Part shown: positions 18,540 through 28,951 of the stretch, piece after piece | Position numbering within the stretch: position 1 is the first letter of the stretch | Layout of the letters: the number at the start of each line of letters is the position of its first letter | IMG/VR virus record: IMGVR_UViG_3300033149_002975 | Location: 1 to 64,000 of that record | Strand: one strand, 5' to 3' | Length of the DNA: 64,000 nucleotides | Source of the DNA: a virus | Program-made: the position numbers and the translations under genes | Notes under the pieces: generated by a model | The model's database searches: none | What the model was told of the DNA's origin: nothing | What the model saw: only the letters and a program-made list of their open reading frames with translations

Positions 18540-19348
18540 TATTTTATTGCCCTAATAATCCATTCCAACAATTTTTGTGGCGTACTTGTTTCATCAAATA
18601 ATTTTTTGGCATTATTGCCGATTTCTACACATAAATTCCTATTTGACTTACACCACTCTATTTTTTCAATCAAATCAGAATAATCCGGGAGACACGAGAT
18701 ATAATGAACACCCGGCAACAATTCCTTGTTCCAAGCCAAACAATCCGACAATACCGGAGAAATCGTACAACAACCAAGAGCCATTACTTGTAATTGTCCT
18801 CTGTCTAAAATATCATTTCTGGCCCCCGGAACACAAATGTGAACTAAACAATTGTTTATTGTTTTCCAAAATTCGTTTTGATTTTCAACAAAATCGTATC
18901 TGCATTTGTCTCCATATTTTTCCACGAGTAATGACCGCACAAAATTTCTTCTTTCAACGGCGGCACCACGTGGTCTCTGCATGTGTATTACCAAATCGTT
19001 ATTGCACGAATATTTTATTGATTCTCTTAATTTAAAAAATTCCACCCAATCGTAAAATGATATGCCAGTAAATGAATGGATATTTTTGAAATTTTGGTGT
19101 TTTTCTTTACAATAATGAAATTTAAAATACGGTTCTTCTGATGAATAATACTTTAAATTTATATTATAAAAATCGCTGAAATCAATAATTATTGGTCTAT
19201 TGTCAATTTTCATTTTGAAAAGATTAAATACGGCCGAACCATCAAACAATGGGTGTATATCGTTTTCTTTTAAAATGCTTAACACGTACCCAACGTACGC
19301 TTCATAATAAGCTTTCTTTGGCCCATCTTTTGGTAAAATAACTTTCAT
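18539..19348 (-). CDS. Glycosyltransferase-like protein (GT-B type C-terminus)
   Basis: CVPG...MALGCCTISP...PGVHYI..DYSDLIEKIEW...IGNNAK. Confidence 0.6.
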   Translation of the reverse strand: MKVILPKDGPKKAYYEAYVGYVLSILKENDIHPLFDGSAVFNLFKMKIDNRPIIIDFSDFYNINLKYYSSEEPYFKFHYCKEKHQNFKNIHSFTGISFYDWVEFFKLRESIKYSCNNDLVIHMQRPRGAAVERRNFVRSLLVEKYGDKCRYDFVENQNEFWKTINNCLVHICVPGARNDILDRGQLQVMALGCCTISPVLSDCLAWNKELLPGVHYISCLPDYSDLIEKIEWCKSNRNLCVEIGNNAKKLFDETSTPQKLLEWIIRAIK

Positions 19349-19360
19349 CTATTAAATAGT

Positions 19361-19435
19361 ATTTCCTGTATATATTCCTACATATTTCCCACGCCTCCGG
19401 TTGTGTGGGGATACATAAAAGCTATATTGGTATAT
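19361..19435. repeat. Dispersed 75-bp element, copy 2
   Basis: Same orientation as copy 1; fills the 19349-19421 gap and overlaps the last codons of the upstream minus-strand gene. Confidence 0.9.
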
Positions 19436-20981
19436 GATAAATTCTTCTAATTCCTCTAACACGATGTTTGTAAGTATCCAACACTTCCCCACCAACAATT
19501 TTATCTATATCATGTTCCGTCAGTGATTTATTGGTGGGAAATGCTGGCGGCAATATCAATTCAACAAACAAATGCTTTTTTGCTATATTTTTTAAATACG
19601 CAATTTTTTCTTTCAATTTTACATAAAGTGGATCTATTTGGTGATAAACACTTAAATATAATACAACATCAAATTTTCCCTTTGGCATTTTATTAACAAA
19701 TCTTACGTCTTGTTGTATTATATTATCACGAATTGTTCTTGCGCATTTTATGGAAGTTTTATTTGGCTCAAAACCGGTAACTTGCGCTCCTTTTTCCGAA
19801 GCTTTAAAAGAAAAAAATCCGTAGTGACAACCAATATCCAAAACCGACATTCCCCCCCATTTTATTATGTTTATTTTTTTCCACAAATGCGCACTGTTGG
19901 CCTTTGGTGATGGGGTAAACGGAAACGTTTGAAACCAGTATTGATCACCGGCCCACTTTTTAATTGTATTTTCGTCCCATTTGCCCAAAATTGAAACATT
20001 TAATTGACAATTTTTAAACGAATCAGGAATTAAAGTTTTAGTTAATACTTCTATTACATTGAATCTTTGGTGACTTGAATAATCACGGATAGCCCAACCA
20101 AAACAACATTGACCACTGTTCCCGGCTTTTGCTATTTTTACAAACCAATATTGTTTAACGTCGGTGCTTATTGTTGGTTTAAAATCAGTTATATTGCAAC
20201 CGTGCAATAATATATTAAAAGTCCCAATCATTCGACAATTAAACACTGCGTCGTGTAATCTATTACAAGTGTGGGCGTGTCCTGCTCCTCGTATATAATG
20301 ACCAACAAACGTATTGATACTTGGATCGTTGTTGGCCGGTTCTACAATATTAGAATACTCCAAAATTCTATTTAATTTGCTTATTTTGGAACAAGAATAA
20401 ACATTAATTTTTCCATCAACTTTTAGTTGTTCCAATCCAGCTCTAAATTTATTAAGGTATAAATCAAGCGTTTTATTAAATACTTTCCAATTTTGACCAT
20501 ATCCCTCGTGATAATGCGTTTTTTTGGATATTGATCTGAAATCAAAACCTAGTAAATAAATATTTTTATATCCAAGAATTATTGCCAATTGTAATGCACA
20601 ATACCCGGAATTTATACCGGTACTAAATTTATCAAAACTGTAACCAAAACCATCTTGGTTTTTCGCTTCGATTATCCGATCAAAAATATCCAGATCTGTA
20701 TATTTCAAATTACATCTTGTATCAACATATACACCGTTAATTTTCTTTATAAAATCATAAGCCGTATCAACAACAAATACTTTTTTGCAATTTATTGTTT
20801 TTAATTTTTCCCTGGTAACTTTATTTATAAACGTATAGTCAACGGTTATAAAATATTTTGGGTCTGGAACATCAAAAACCGCTTTGTTTACAGCAATTAC
20901 GTCTTTTCCTTTAAGGAAGTTAAAATCAAAGTTTTTAAGACTGGGTCCGCCACCAACGATGAACACAGAATCCTTCATCAT
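19422..20981 (-). CDS. DUF115/MptE-like domain + unknown middle domain + class I SAM methyltransferase
   Basis: IVGGGPSL..IAVN, NSG..ALQLA..LGYKNIYLLGFD; C-terminal VLDIGCHYGFFS, GFEP, LSVYH. Confidence 0.7.
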   Translation of the reverse strand: MMKDSVFIVGGGPSLKNFDFNFLKGKDVIAVNKAVFDVPDPKYFITVDYTFINKVTREKLKTINCKKVFVVDTAYDFIKKINGVYVDTRCNLKYTDLDIFDRIIEAKNQDGFGYSFDKFSTGINSGYCALQLAIILGYKNIYLLGFDFRSISKKTHYHEGYGQNWKVFNKTLDLYLNKFRAGLEQLKVDGKINVYSCSKISKLNRILEYSNIVEPANNDPSINTFVGHYIRGAGHAHTCNRLHDAVFNCRMIGTFNILLHGCNITDFKPTISTDVKQYWFVKIAKAGNSGQCCFGWAIRDYSSHQRFNVIEVLTKTLIPDSFKNCQLNVSILGKWDENTIKKWAGDQYWFQTFPFTPSPKANSAHLWKKINIIKWGGMSVLDIGCHYGFFSFKASEKGAQVTGFEPNKTSIKCARTIRDNIIQQDVRFVNKMPKGKFDVVLYLSVYHQIDPLYVKLKEKIAYLKNIAKKHLFVELILPPAFPTNKSLTEHDIDKIVGGEVLDTYKHRVRGIRRIYHIPI

Positions 20982-21748
20982 TTGCCTCTTAGGAATTCTT
21001 GTAAAGTAATTTTTGGAAAACAATTAAGTGCAGAATTTTTATTCAAATTAAAAACTTCAACACCAGCCTGTTTTACCGGTGTGGCAATAGTTTCAAATCT
21101 TATTTTGAAATCATTTAATATTCTAGTCATCGATTCGATATTGTGCTTCGGTTTCCCATTACCTCTTTTATAGCCGCCGTGGCAATGAGTTTTACCATTA
21201 ACAATTTTCATATCAAAACCTAGAAGCCCGATTTTTCTTGACCCAAGAGCAATGGCCAACATCAATCCACCAATTCCGGAATTGTTCCCCGAATAAATAC
21301 CGTTTTTTAAATCTAAACTTATTATTTCTCTTTTTATTCTGTTAACGGTATACACGTAATCAGAAAATCTTCCCTTGTCGTGTTTTAAAAATACTTTTAT
21401 TCCTTTATACTCTTTCCACAACCTTCTCATCAGGATTTCTTCGGGATCCATTCTTTGATTATTATTCAACAATTCAAAAAACGTATAATCCATAGAATAG
21501 TTTATTGTGGAGCTGGAAAACATGAATTCTTTATTAATACCGATTGTTAATTCGTCCTTTATTACGGAACGATCAAAACCACGAAGTGATGGACCGCCAC
21601 CTATAATTATACAACGTCTGCCGGACCAAGAATCATTCGATAAAATTTCAGAAATATCGCGAGAATGGTTGATATTTTTGTTCGTATGACAAATTATTTT
21701 AGTTCCAGTATGGTGTTGCACTATTCGCCCCAATTTATATAATAACAA
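20978..21748 (-). CDS. DUF115/MptE-like (Maf-type glycosyltransferase-fold) protein
   Basis: IIGGGPSL..IGIN, NSG..LAIALG..IGLLGFDM; start uncertain. Confidence 0.7.
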   Translation of the reverse strand: MLLYKLGRIVQHHTGTKIICHTNKNINHSRDISEILSNDSWSGRRCIIIGGGPSLRGFDRSVIKDELTIGINKEFMFSSSTINYSMDYTFFELLNNNQRMDPEEILMRRLWKEYKGIKVFLKHDKGRFSDYVYTVNRIKREIISLDLKNGIYSGNNSGIGGLMLAIALGSRKIGLLGFDMKIVNGKTHCHGGYKRGNGKPKHNIESMTRILNDFKIRFETIATPVKQAGVEVFNLNKNSALNCFPKITLQEFLRGK

Positions 21749-21765
21749 ATTATCTTATCAATAAA

Positions 21766-22896
21766 TCAATTTTGATAAGTTTCAACCCATAAATTATAAT
21801 TGTTGCCACAATTTCCTTTTTTAACTTCTATTATACCATTTGAATCCGTCTTAACTATAACATAAGCTATATGATTATTATCAAATGTTGCCGTACTTAC
21901 TCCACCACCATATTGGGTCGCTCCACCAAAACCCAAATCTGAAGACTCTCCATTCTTTCTAAATTTAATATTAAGTGAACCCCCACCAGTGGCTTGAACT
22001 TTTAACATAACTAGCGATTCTTTATTACCAATAACGCTGCTTAAATCAATATCTGTCCAACTTGTTGGTACCGGTTGATTATTAATAATTTGTGATGATA
22101 CAAAATTTAATTTACTTGATTGTTGGGTAATAAATGACCTGACATCCGTTATCCTACTTGATGGAATACTGGAATCACCGTTAACCAATTTTATCTGTGC
22201 AACAACTAATTTCCTATCATAATTTGGTGCTGATGGACTGACAGCAGGTGTTCCTTGTAGAATTTTTGGTGTTCCATCGGTGTCCACATAGACTAAATCA
22301 ATTCTCGAATTCGGAGATGAAGGAACGGCAAACGGCCCAACTTTTTGTTCCGGAACAAAAACACACCGGGTATCGTTCTGAATTTTTCCTGCTCTAAGCT
22401 GAACATACATTTCAGAAACGCCGGTTGATTCCACTTTTAAAAACAAATCCTGAACGTTCAAAAATGTCCTATCCGAATAATCAAAGCCAGTAAGTGTTGC
22501 ACCGTCAAACACACATTTACCAACAATTATATCCGTAGCTTCTGCTGCCGCCAAAGAACTTACCGCGTGAATTTCCATATAATTAGTAATTGATTCAACG
22601 CGCTTTCGCCTCAATACTATGTATGGAGTGGCTGATGATATATTACCGGAATCTAAAGTCTCAGAATTTAAATTGGCTGAATTTGAAGTTTTAACCCTGA
22701 CCTGTATGTCATCATCACCAATTTCGACAACCATTGGCGATATTGTTATACTCGTATCCGAAACTTTAGTTAAATATCCACCGGAATAAATCCCACGCGG
22801 TCGAATTCCAACGTGTCTAGAATTTACTTCTCTAGAAGTCATTTCCTCATAATATTCATACACTATATTTTGTGTGCCGTGATTTATAGCTCCCAT
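21766..22896 (-). CDS. Tail fibre/baseplate-attached protein, paralog A
   Basis: GIYSGG.L, SRIDLVY, ITDVR; N-terminal ~255 aa homologous to 22910-24130. Confidence 0.6.
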   Translation of the reverse strand: MGAINHGTQNIVYEYYEEMTSREVNSRHVGIRPRGIYSGGYLTKVSDTSITISPMVVEIGDDDIQVRVKTSNSANLNSETLDSGNISSATPYIVLRRKRVESITNYMEIHAVSSLAAAEATDIIVGKCVFDGATLTGFDYSDRTFLNVQDLFLKVESTGVSEMYVQLRAGKIQNDTRCVFVPEQKVGPFAVPSSPNSRIDLVYVDTDGTPKILQGTPAVSPSAPNYDRKLVVAQIKLVNGDSSIPSSRITDVRSFITQQSSKLNFVSSQIINNQPVPTSWTDIDLSSVIGNKESLVMLKVQATGGGSLNIKFRKNGESSDLGFGGATQYGGGVSTATFDNNHIAYVIVKTDSNGIIEVKKGNCGNNYNLWVETYQN

Positions 22897-22909
22897 ATAT
22901 TATCTCCAA

Positions 22910-24130
22910 TTATATCATATAACCTATCAAACGTATTCTTGCGCCCTGATTAAAACCGTGTTCACCACCTTGTGCACCATCATCTATTTTGTATTGAAAT
23001 GTCCCAGAAGCACTAACCGGACACATAGCTTGATGTCCAACACTTATACTATCCTCACCGGCTCGTGCAGCCGCACGTAAACCCTCTAAAATTTGTGACG
23101 ACGGATCTTTTCTTAACCATATAACACCGTCTTTATTAAGGGTAGATCCATCCGGAGTACTTAATCTGCCATACATATCAAAAATGGCAACAGTAGCTAC
23201 CGGCGATATGTAAGCCGAAATATCAGAAGTTGTCCAATCAACAAATCCGGTATTATTAATTCCAGAATCATAAATTATTCGTGGGGTAATAAATGTAATA
23301 CCCGGTCTTCCATTCTTAATCTGCAATCGCCCACTAGAATTTAATTCTATGGTCGAATCATCCGGCTCCGTAAATTTTGAAACAAAATTTCTAACGTCTT
23401 TGATTTTTGATTGAGGAATCGATGTATCGGTAGAAGCCAACGTAACCTCAGCCAACACCAATTTACCGGCATAATTTGGTGGTGAAGGATTTGCACCGGG
23501 TGTCCCTGAACTATCAATAGCTATGGCACCGGTTGTCATATCTATATACACCAAATAAACTTTGCTATCTGATGTCGGAGGAACAAATAAGTCGGATTTT
23601 TGATCATCTATATTTATGCTGCCGGATGGCGTTTGTATTCTTCCGGCCCTTATTCTTACTCTTAAATCTGAATCTCCAGTCTCTTCAACTTTTAAAAATA
23701 AATCTTGTACGTTTGGATTACTGCGTGGATATAAAGAATCACCATAATCAAAACCATTTAGATCTCCACTACCGGAAAATATACACTTACCAACAACCAA
23801 ATCATAGGAAAGAGGTGTGGGAACAGCTTTCAATTCCATATAATCAGAAACCGAGCCGGTATACGTCCATCTTAATATGATATATGGATTGCCGGGAGAA
23901 ACCGACAAATTAACCGCATCTTGAGTCTCTGCCCTCACTTGATAATCGGTATCAGATATTTCACAAATTAATGGGCTTATTTGTGCATGTGAATCATCGA
24001 TAATCGACAACCACCCACCTTTATATATACCCTTCTGACGGATGTCCACATACCGTTTATTCACTTCCAAAGAATTAGCTATTGTATGATATAACAATGT
24101 TATCTTCTGATTTCCAACATTGGCTGCCAT
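22910..24130 (-). CDS. Tail fibre/baseplate-attached protein, paralog B
   Basis: Shares NVQDLFLKVE, PNY..KLV.A and IxDVR with its neighbour. Confidence 0.6.
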   Translation of the reverse strand: MAANVGNQKITLLYHTIANSLEVNKRYVDIRQKGIYKGGWLSIIDDSHAQISPLICEISDTDYQVRAETQDAVNLSVSPGNPYIILRWTYTGSVSDYMELKAVPTPLSYDLVVGKCIFSGSGDLNGFDYGDSLYPRSNPNVQDLFLKVEETGDSDLRVRIRAGRIQTPSGSINIDDQKSDLFVPPTSDSKVYLVYIDMTTGAIAIDSSGTPGANPSPPNYAGKLVLAEVTLASTDTSIPQSKIKDVRNFVSKFTEPDDSTIELNSSGRLQIKNGRPGITFITPRIIYDSGINNTGFVDWTTSDISAYISPVATVAIFDMYGRLSTPDGSTLNKDGVIWLRKDPSSQILEGLRAAARAGEDSISVGHQAMCPVSASGTFQYKIDDGAQGGEHGFNQGARIRLIGYMI

Positions 24131-24145
24131 ATTTTTACTCCTCTA

Positions 24146-25393
24146 TTATATCAATGATTTTTTGTAAACTTCAACTACAACGTGGATTTCAACACGATCA
24201 TCTTTATCAATTTTTGGGAAACTGCTACCGACAACTAATGTATCTGGTGCGCCGGGAATATAAAGCCCCAATTCATTTATATCATCTTGAATTTCCGATT
24301 TAGGGACTATAAATTCAAAAATTATCTTTTCATCAGTTATTGTTATGTTGTCAATATCACCTTCCAAAACTGTCGTTACATAAAAATCGGAATCCGAAAT
24401 ATCCTTACCACCATTACCCAATTTCCATTTCGTTATGCTGTTAATAAATCCTTCTTCCGATTCATCAAAATACGTTCCGTCATCAAAATCCCAAATTTCA
24501 GAACTGGTTTGGCCGTCAAAATATTTGGTACTGAATTGCCAGTCACTGAAAACTTTTGTATCTATGTCACCTGAAACTTTTATTTCATTACCAAATTCAT
24601 CCGTTTTTGGATTGAGCAATAACAAATAATGTGGAACGGTATGAACCGGTCTTGTCTCTTCAAGCTTTAAATATAAATTATCCAGATAACTGGTTAACCA
24701 CAGGTGATCACCAGCACCAAGTCCACCAGATTCGCCGGATTCATCGAATTCATAGACTTTATTCAATACTATTTCGATACCAAAATGTGGGCTTTTATAG
24801 TATGAAGAATCCAATCCCGGTGGATTTTCATTCTCATCACCGACAAACCAATCAACCATTTCAAAAGTTGAATAATCCTTTGTATACATATCGTATATAT
24901 TAACAGTAAATTGGTGGATTAAAGAAATTATACTGACGGATTTATACGTTCCTTTAACTTTATACCAATCAACGGCGTTTATTATGGTTTTTCTTAATTC
25001 TGCAACTGTTGTTGAATCCTCCGGCGGTAAACTAACACCAATTAGTGCGCCCAAATATTTTAAATATTTAATGGTGCCAACAGTTTTTACATTCAAAAGC
25101 TTTATAATATCTCTGACGTTTGAGAACCAATTACCGACTTGAATACCGGCTTCGTCCAAATAATCAATTAATATTTGTGATTTCCTAAATTTTTCCGGCA
25201 TCAACTTCAACAAATCAATGGCTGCCGTCGATAAAACCGAAATTTCAAAATCACAACCGACATCAAACTGCCTGTCAGCTAACGGTTTGCTCGTGTATTC
25301 AAAAGAATACGTAGAAATTTCGGATTTGGCATCAATCGATGCTTTATTCGATTCATCTAAATGGAAATTTTCATCAAGGTGCCAATTTGGCAT
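24146..25393 (-). CDS. Baseplate wedge protein (P2 gpI/T4 gp7-like)
   Basis: YLKYLGALIG...LRK.I..AVDWYKVKGT, RPVHT; follows the gp6-like gene. Confidence 0.7.
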   Translation of the reverse strand: MPNWHLDENFHLDESNKASIDAKSEISTYSFEYTSKPLADRQFDVGCDFEISVLSTAAIDLLKLMPEKFRKSQILIDYLDEAGIQVGNWFSNVRDIIKLLNVKTVGTIKYLKYLGALIGVSLPPEDSTTVAELRKTIINAVDWYKVKGTYKSVSIISLIHQFTVNIYDMYTKDYSTFEMVDWFVGDENENPPGLDSSYYKSPHFGIEIVLNKVYEFDESGESGGLGAGDHLWLTSYLDNLYLKLEETRPVHTVPHYLLLLNPKTDEFGNEIKVSGDIDTKVFSDWQFSTKYFDGQTSSEIWDFDDGTYFDESEEGFINSITKWKLGNGGKDISDSDFYVTTVLEGDIDNITITDEKIIFEFIVPKSEIQDDINELGLYIPGAPDTLVVGSSFPKIDKDDRVEIHVVVEVYKKSLI

Positions 25394-26706
25394 TATGTAT
25401 CCTCCGCGTCTAAATCAAGAGGCATATTAAATATATTTCGTCTACGTATTGTATCGATATCGGCCCCACCGGCCTCACCCAAAACCATAACCTTTAATAT
25501 TATTGGATCGGATTCATCACTGTCATAATCATTGGTTACTACACACGTATAAGTACCGGCATCAGACATAACAACATCACTCAAATCCAATGTCGCGTTG
25601 GTTTCCCCTTCTATTTCCGCCGCATTTTTATACCACTGATAAGTAAATGGCTCTTCGCCTTCAGCAGCGACAAAAAATGAAACCTCGGACCATTCATAAA
25701 CAGAAGTATCGGACGATTGATCAGTTATATGTGGTGGACCAAAACCCCATACTTGAAAAATCAAATCCAAATCGGTATCATTGGACCACGAACCAATATA
25801 ATTTATCCAATTGCCACCTTCATAGGTAGAACCTCCGACATCTTCACCCCAAATAAGAATAGTACCATCTGTTATATCCCTTTTCACCCAAAAAGCATAT
25901 TTTGTTCCGCCGGTTAATTTAACAGGACTATTAAAATTAAATTCATATAACACACCTGAATCGGTAGTTATCCCTCTACTTGGAACTATGGAAGTAGCAA
26001 GGACATCACCCGTTGGCAATCCGGAACCATCAACAGCCGTTAAATAACCAAAAACATTTCCAAGAGCAGCTGAAGTTCCGGATCTTTGTAAACAAAGTTT
26101 AACACCAGAAGCGTAGAATGTAACATTAGGGGTAAATGTTTGGCCCCTATACCAAGCTGTGGTTATTTCAGCATTTGAATTTGGGGTTCCATCCAAATAT
26201 TCATATTTGGTAGAACCCGCAATTATATCATCGCCATACGTTTCAAACGGAGAATCAGTATAATCATCATATTTATACCACGTAGAACCATCATACCGCC
26301 CGGCAGTACCACCAGTATAATAATCGTAACTTGCGTCAGTACCCTTCCTGGCAATAATTCCGTATTCATCAGATGCTCTAATAACAATAGCATATACTTC
26401 GCCACCAACAAGTGGTACTGGGGAAGAAAAAGTAATTTCCCTTGATTCATACGATTCGGAGGGTAAAGAATCACCATCTGTTGTTCCAAGACATAATACA
26501 CTACCAGATGGATGTCCACCACTATAATCGGTAGATCTTATTTCAACCGTTATTTCGCCTGGATTGCCGCTCTTTTTAAGTGGCAAAACAACTGATGTTA
26601 AACTATAATTTTTACCGGCAGTAAATGTTTGGTACGCCCAATTTACATCCGAAAAATATGTCATATTATCGGGTTCAGTATTAACAAACGAATCTTGTAA
26701 TGACAC
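25393..26706 (-). CDS. Virion protein with two tandem beta-sandwich repeats and an Ig-like domain
   Basis: Two QTFT...G.P.G.VL...F.SPV.L.GG..YA repeats; PFTYQWYKN...DAGTYTCVVTN. Confidence 0.7.
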   Translation of the reverse strand: MSLQDSFVNTEPDNMTYFSDVNWAYQTFTAGKNYSLTSVVLPLKKSGNPGEITVEIRSTDYSGGHPSGSVLCLGTTDGDSLPSESYESREITFSSPVPLVGGEVYAIVIRASDEYGIIARKGTDASYDYYTGGTAGRYDGSTWYKYDDYTDSPFETYGDDIIAGSTKYEYLDGTPNSNAEITTAWYRGQTFTPNVTFYASGVKLCLQRSGTSAALGNVFGYLTAVDGSGLPTGDVLATSIVPSRGITTDSGVLYEFNFNSPVKLTGGTKYAFWVKRDITDGTILIWGEDVGGSTYEGGNWINYIGSWSNDTDLDLIFQVWGFGPPHITDQSSDTSVYEWSEVSFFVAAEGEEPFTYQWYKNAAEIEGETNATLDLSDVVMSDAGTYTCVVTNDYDSDESDPIILKVMVLGEAGGADIDTIRRRNIFNMPLDLDAEDT

Positions 26707-26721
26707 GATTTAAACCCTCTA

Positions 26722-27222
26722 TTAACTAATTTTAGCTTTTAATTGAGCTATTACTGAATCACCAGACAATATTGTTCTTTGAATACCAAACGCCACGGCA
26801 CCAATTAGCGTTCCAACGGCGGTCAAAGAAGTACAAAGGAATGCACCGTCTATGGGTCCAATATTTCCACCAGAAGCGGTAAACGTTAGTTCTTTGGAAA
26901 CAACACGCCAGTCACTTGATTCATCTTGTTCTATCGTTGGCCAACCAACAATCGATCTTTCACATTTGATGCGCTCATATCCGTTACCGGACGGTTCTCC
27001 AGGGATGGTCGCAAGAATCGTTGACTTTGATACGGATCCCCTATAAAAACCAACGTAGAAATCGGTATCCGTCCAGTATGTTGAACTATTATCCCTGAAT
27101 ATCGTATCAACCAAAGCTTTTGCGCCTTCGTGTGTCAACAAATTTTTATGATTAAATCTCCAAATAATTTTACCATTTCTAATGTGTTTTATGTCCCAAT
27201 TACAGTTCCAATTACACAGCAT
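26722..27222 (-). CDS. Putative tail/baseplate structural protein
   Basis: Position in operon; NLLT.EG, GNGYER, FTASGG. Confidence 0.5.
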   Translation of the reverse strand: MLCNWNCNWDIKHIRNGKIIWRFNHKNLLTHEGAKALVDTIFRDNSSTYWTDTDFYVGFYRGSVSKSTILATIPGEPSGNGYERIKCERSIVGWPTIEQDESSDWRVVSKELTFTASGGNIGPIDGAFLCTSLTAVGTLIGAVAFGIQRTILSGDSVIAQLKAKIS

Positions 27223-27250
27223 TTTGTTCTCCTAATTATACTTTTGAGTA

Positions 27251-28951
27251 TTATTCCATACTTATAGATTCAACATCTACGTCGTATAATTTTGCTATTT
27301 GATTAAAAGTCGTTACTATATTACCATCTTCATCCTGTTGATATCTGACATATATACTAGAAGTCGGGGACGGATTAATATCCAACAATATTTCACCGGT
27401 TTCGTAATCTATTGTTCCGGATATGGTATATGGATCAGACGCAGAAAATGTTCCGGTCCCATCACCATTGTCTGTATCGGTTAGTATATAAGAACCGTCA
27501 ACAAATAATCTTACCGTACCAGGTTTAATTGGTAATGCACCCAACACTATACCATAGTCATACGAAGAATTATAATCGTCATCCAATTCTTTTTTTATTT
27601 CTAAAACCATATTAACATAAGCTATATTTTCCAAATCGTCTATGGCCGCTATTATATTGCTGTATTTAATCATATCCCCCAATTTTGTGGTGTCCCCAAG
27701 TATAAATTGATTAGATACTGCTAATTCGGCATCATCTTGCGCATCCGACATAGAATACCCGGTTGAAACTTTTAAATTTAAAACTGCAATGATATCCAAT
27801 AACTCCGGTTCAACAAATTCATATTTTACGGTAATCATTGATTTATCATAAATATGATCGGAAAGTGCACTTTTGAATGTATCATCCGGCAAATCCCAAT
27901 TTTGAAGAATCACACACATTTTAACTTTATTAAGCATAGACTGAACAACCGAAACTCCATTAGCTAATGCTTCCTCGTTTTCTCCCCAAACATTGGCATC
28001 GGCAACACCCGGATAATTTTCCAAAATTGTGATAAAATCATCCCTTGATACGGCCCTATCGCCGGTTTTAAAAACCCTTGGTGCTTCATACCTTATTTCT
28101 TCTATATCTTCTTCGTCATCTCCACCTAAAAATGAAGAACTATTGGTAACTGTAACAGTAACTGGTGAACCGTCTTCATCGTATATCGTAGAATTTAAAT
28201 TTGTTATTAAACCGGTATTTGTTACATTTCCATCAAGACCTGCAGATTTTATATACGTTATAACTATCAGTGATCCGGATGTTGGGATTAAACCATTAAT
28301 GCCATCACCAAAAACTATTGATACATTTCCATCAATTTCGTCTATAACTTTATAATGCATTGAATCACTATCACTGTTTATAAATGAATCAACTTTTGTC
28401 CATAAATCCCCATCAATAACTACTCTTATTGAACTCTCCGAATTTTCAACTTCTTTGCTGTTTATCAGATACTCTTGATTGGTCGCACCATTTGATGAAA
28501 TTTCCAATTGTGCCAATTCTCCCTGAATGGAACTCACAATAACTGAAGTTTGTCCTTTTCCAATAACTGCATCTTCATTGGTTAAATACTCAACACCGGA
28601 TGCAGATTTACACGATGTATATTTTGGAATGTAAATATTTTTGTCAGACGGCGAAGCTATACTAAACGTTAAATTACCGGTAGCAGACGCTTTTCTTTTT
28701 GGTCTATATCCTATTAAAGCAACCAAATTCTTAACACTTGATAATAACTTAGCCGTTGGTAAATATGATTCCGTAGCCCTTCTTTCAGTATAATAATTTC
28801 CATTGGTTAATATAAATGCCAGCAATTCTATCAACGTTTCACCGGTCCCAGAAACACCAATGTCTTTCCAGGAATCACGAAGTTTCAACCTGTTTCTCAA
28901 ATCTAATACTATCGACTCGAAATCAACATTTGTATAATTAATTCCCGACAT
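27251..28951 (-). CDS. Baseplate wedge subunit (T4 gp6/J-like)
   Basis: YTNVDFESI, ESYLPTA, FGDG.NG.IP, GGDDEE.IEEIR..AP, RAVSRDD. Confidence 0.85.
   Translation of the reverse strand: MSGINYTNVDFESIVLDLRNRLKLRDSWKDIGVSGTGETLIELLAFILTNGNYYTERRATESYLPTAKLLSSVKNLVALIGYRPKRKASATGNLTFSIASPSDKNIYIPKYTSCKSASGVEYLTNEDAVIGKGQTSVIVSSIQGELAQLEISSNGATNQEYLINSKEVENSESSIRVVIDGDLWTKVDSFINSDSDSMHYKVIDEIDGNVSIVFGDGINGLIPTSGSLIVITYIKSAGLDGNVTNTGLITNLNSTIYDEDGSPVTVTVTNSSSFLGGDDEEDIEEIRYEAPRVFKTGDRAVSRDDFITILENYPGVADANVWGENEEALANGVSVVQSMLNKVKMCVILQNWDLPDDTFKSALSDHIYDKSMITVKYEFVEPELLDIIAVLNLKVSTGYSMSDAQDDAELAVSNQFILGDTTKLGDMIKYSNIIAAIDDLENIAYVNMVLEIKKELDDDYNSSYDYGIVLGALPIKPGTVRLFVDGSYILTDTDNGDGTGTFSASDPYTISGTIDYETGEILLDINPSPTSSIYVRYQQDEDGNIVTTFNQIAKLYDVDVESISME

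Noticed and set aside
11199-19435. CRISPR array, DGR template/variable repeat pair or att sites as the explanation for the 75-bp repeat
   Set aside because: No spacer array, reverse transcriptase, adenine-specific mismatch pattern or integrase in the window
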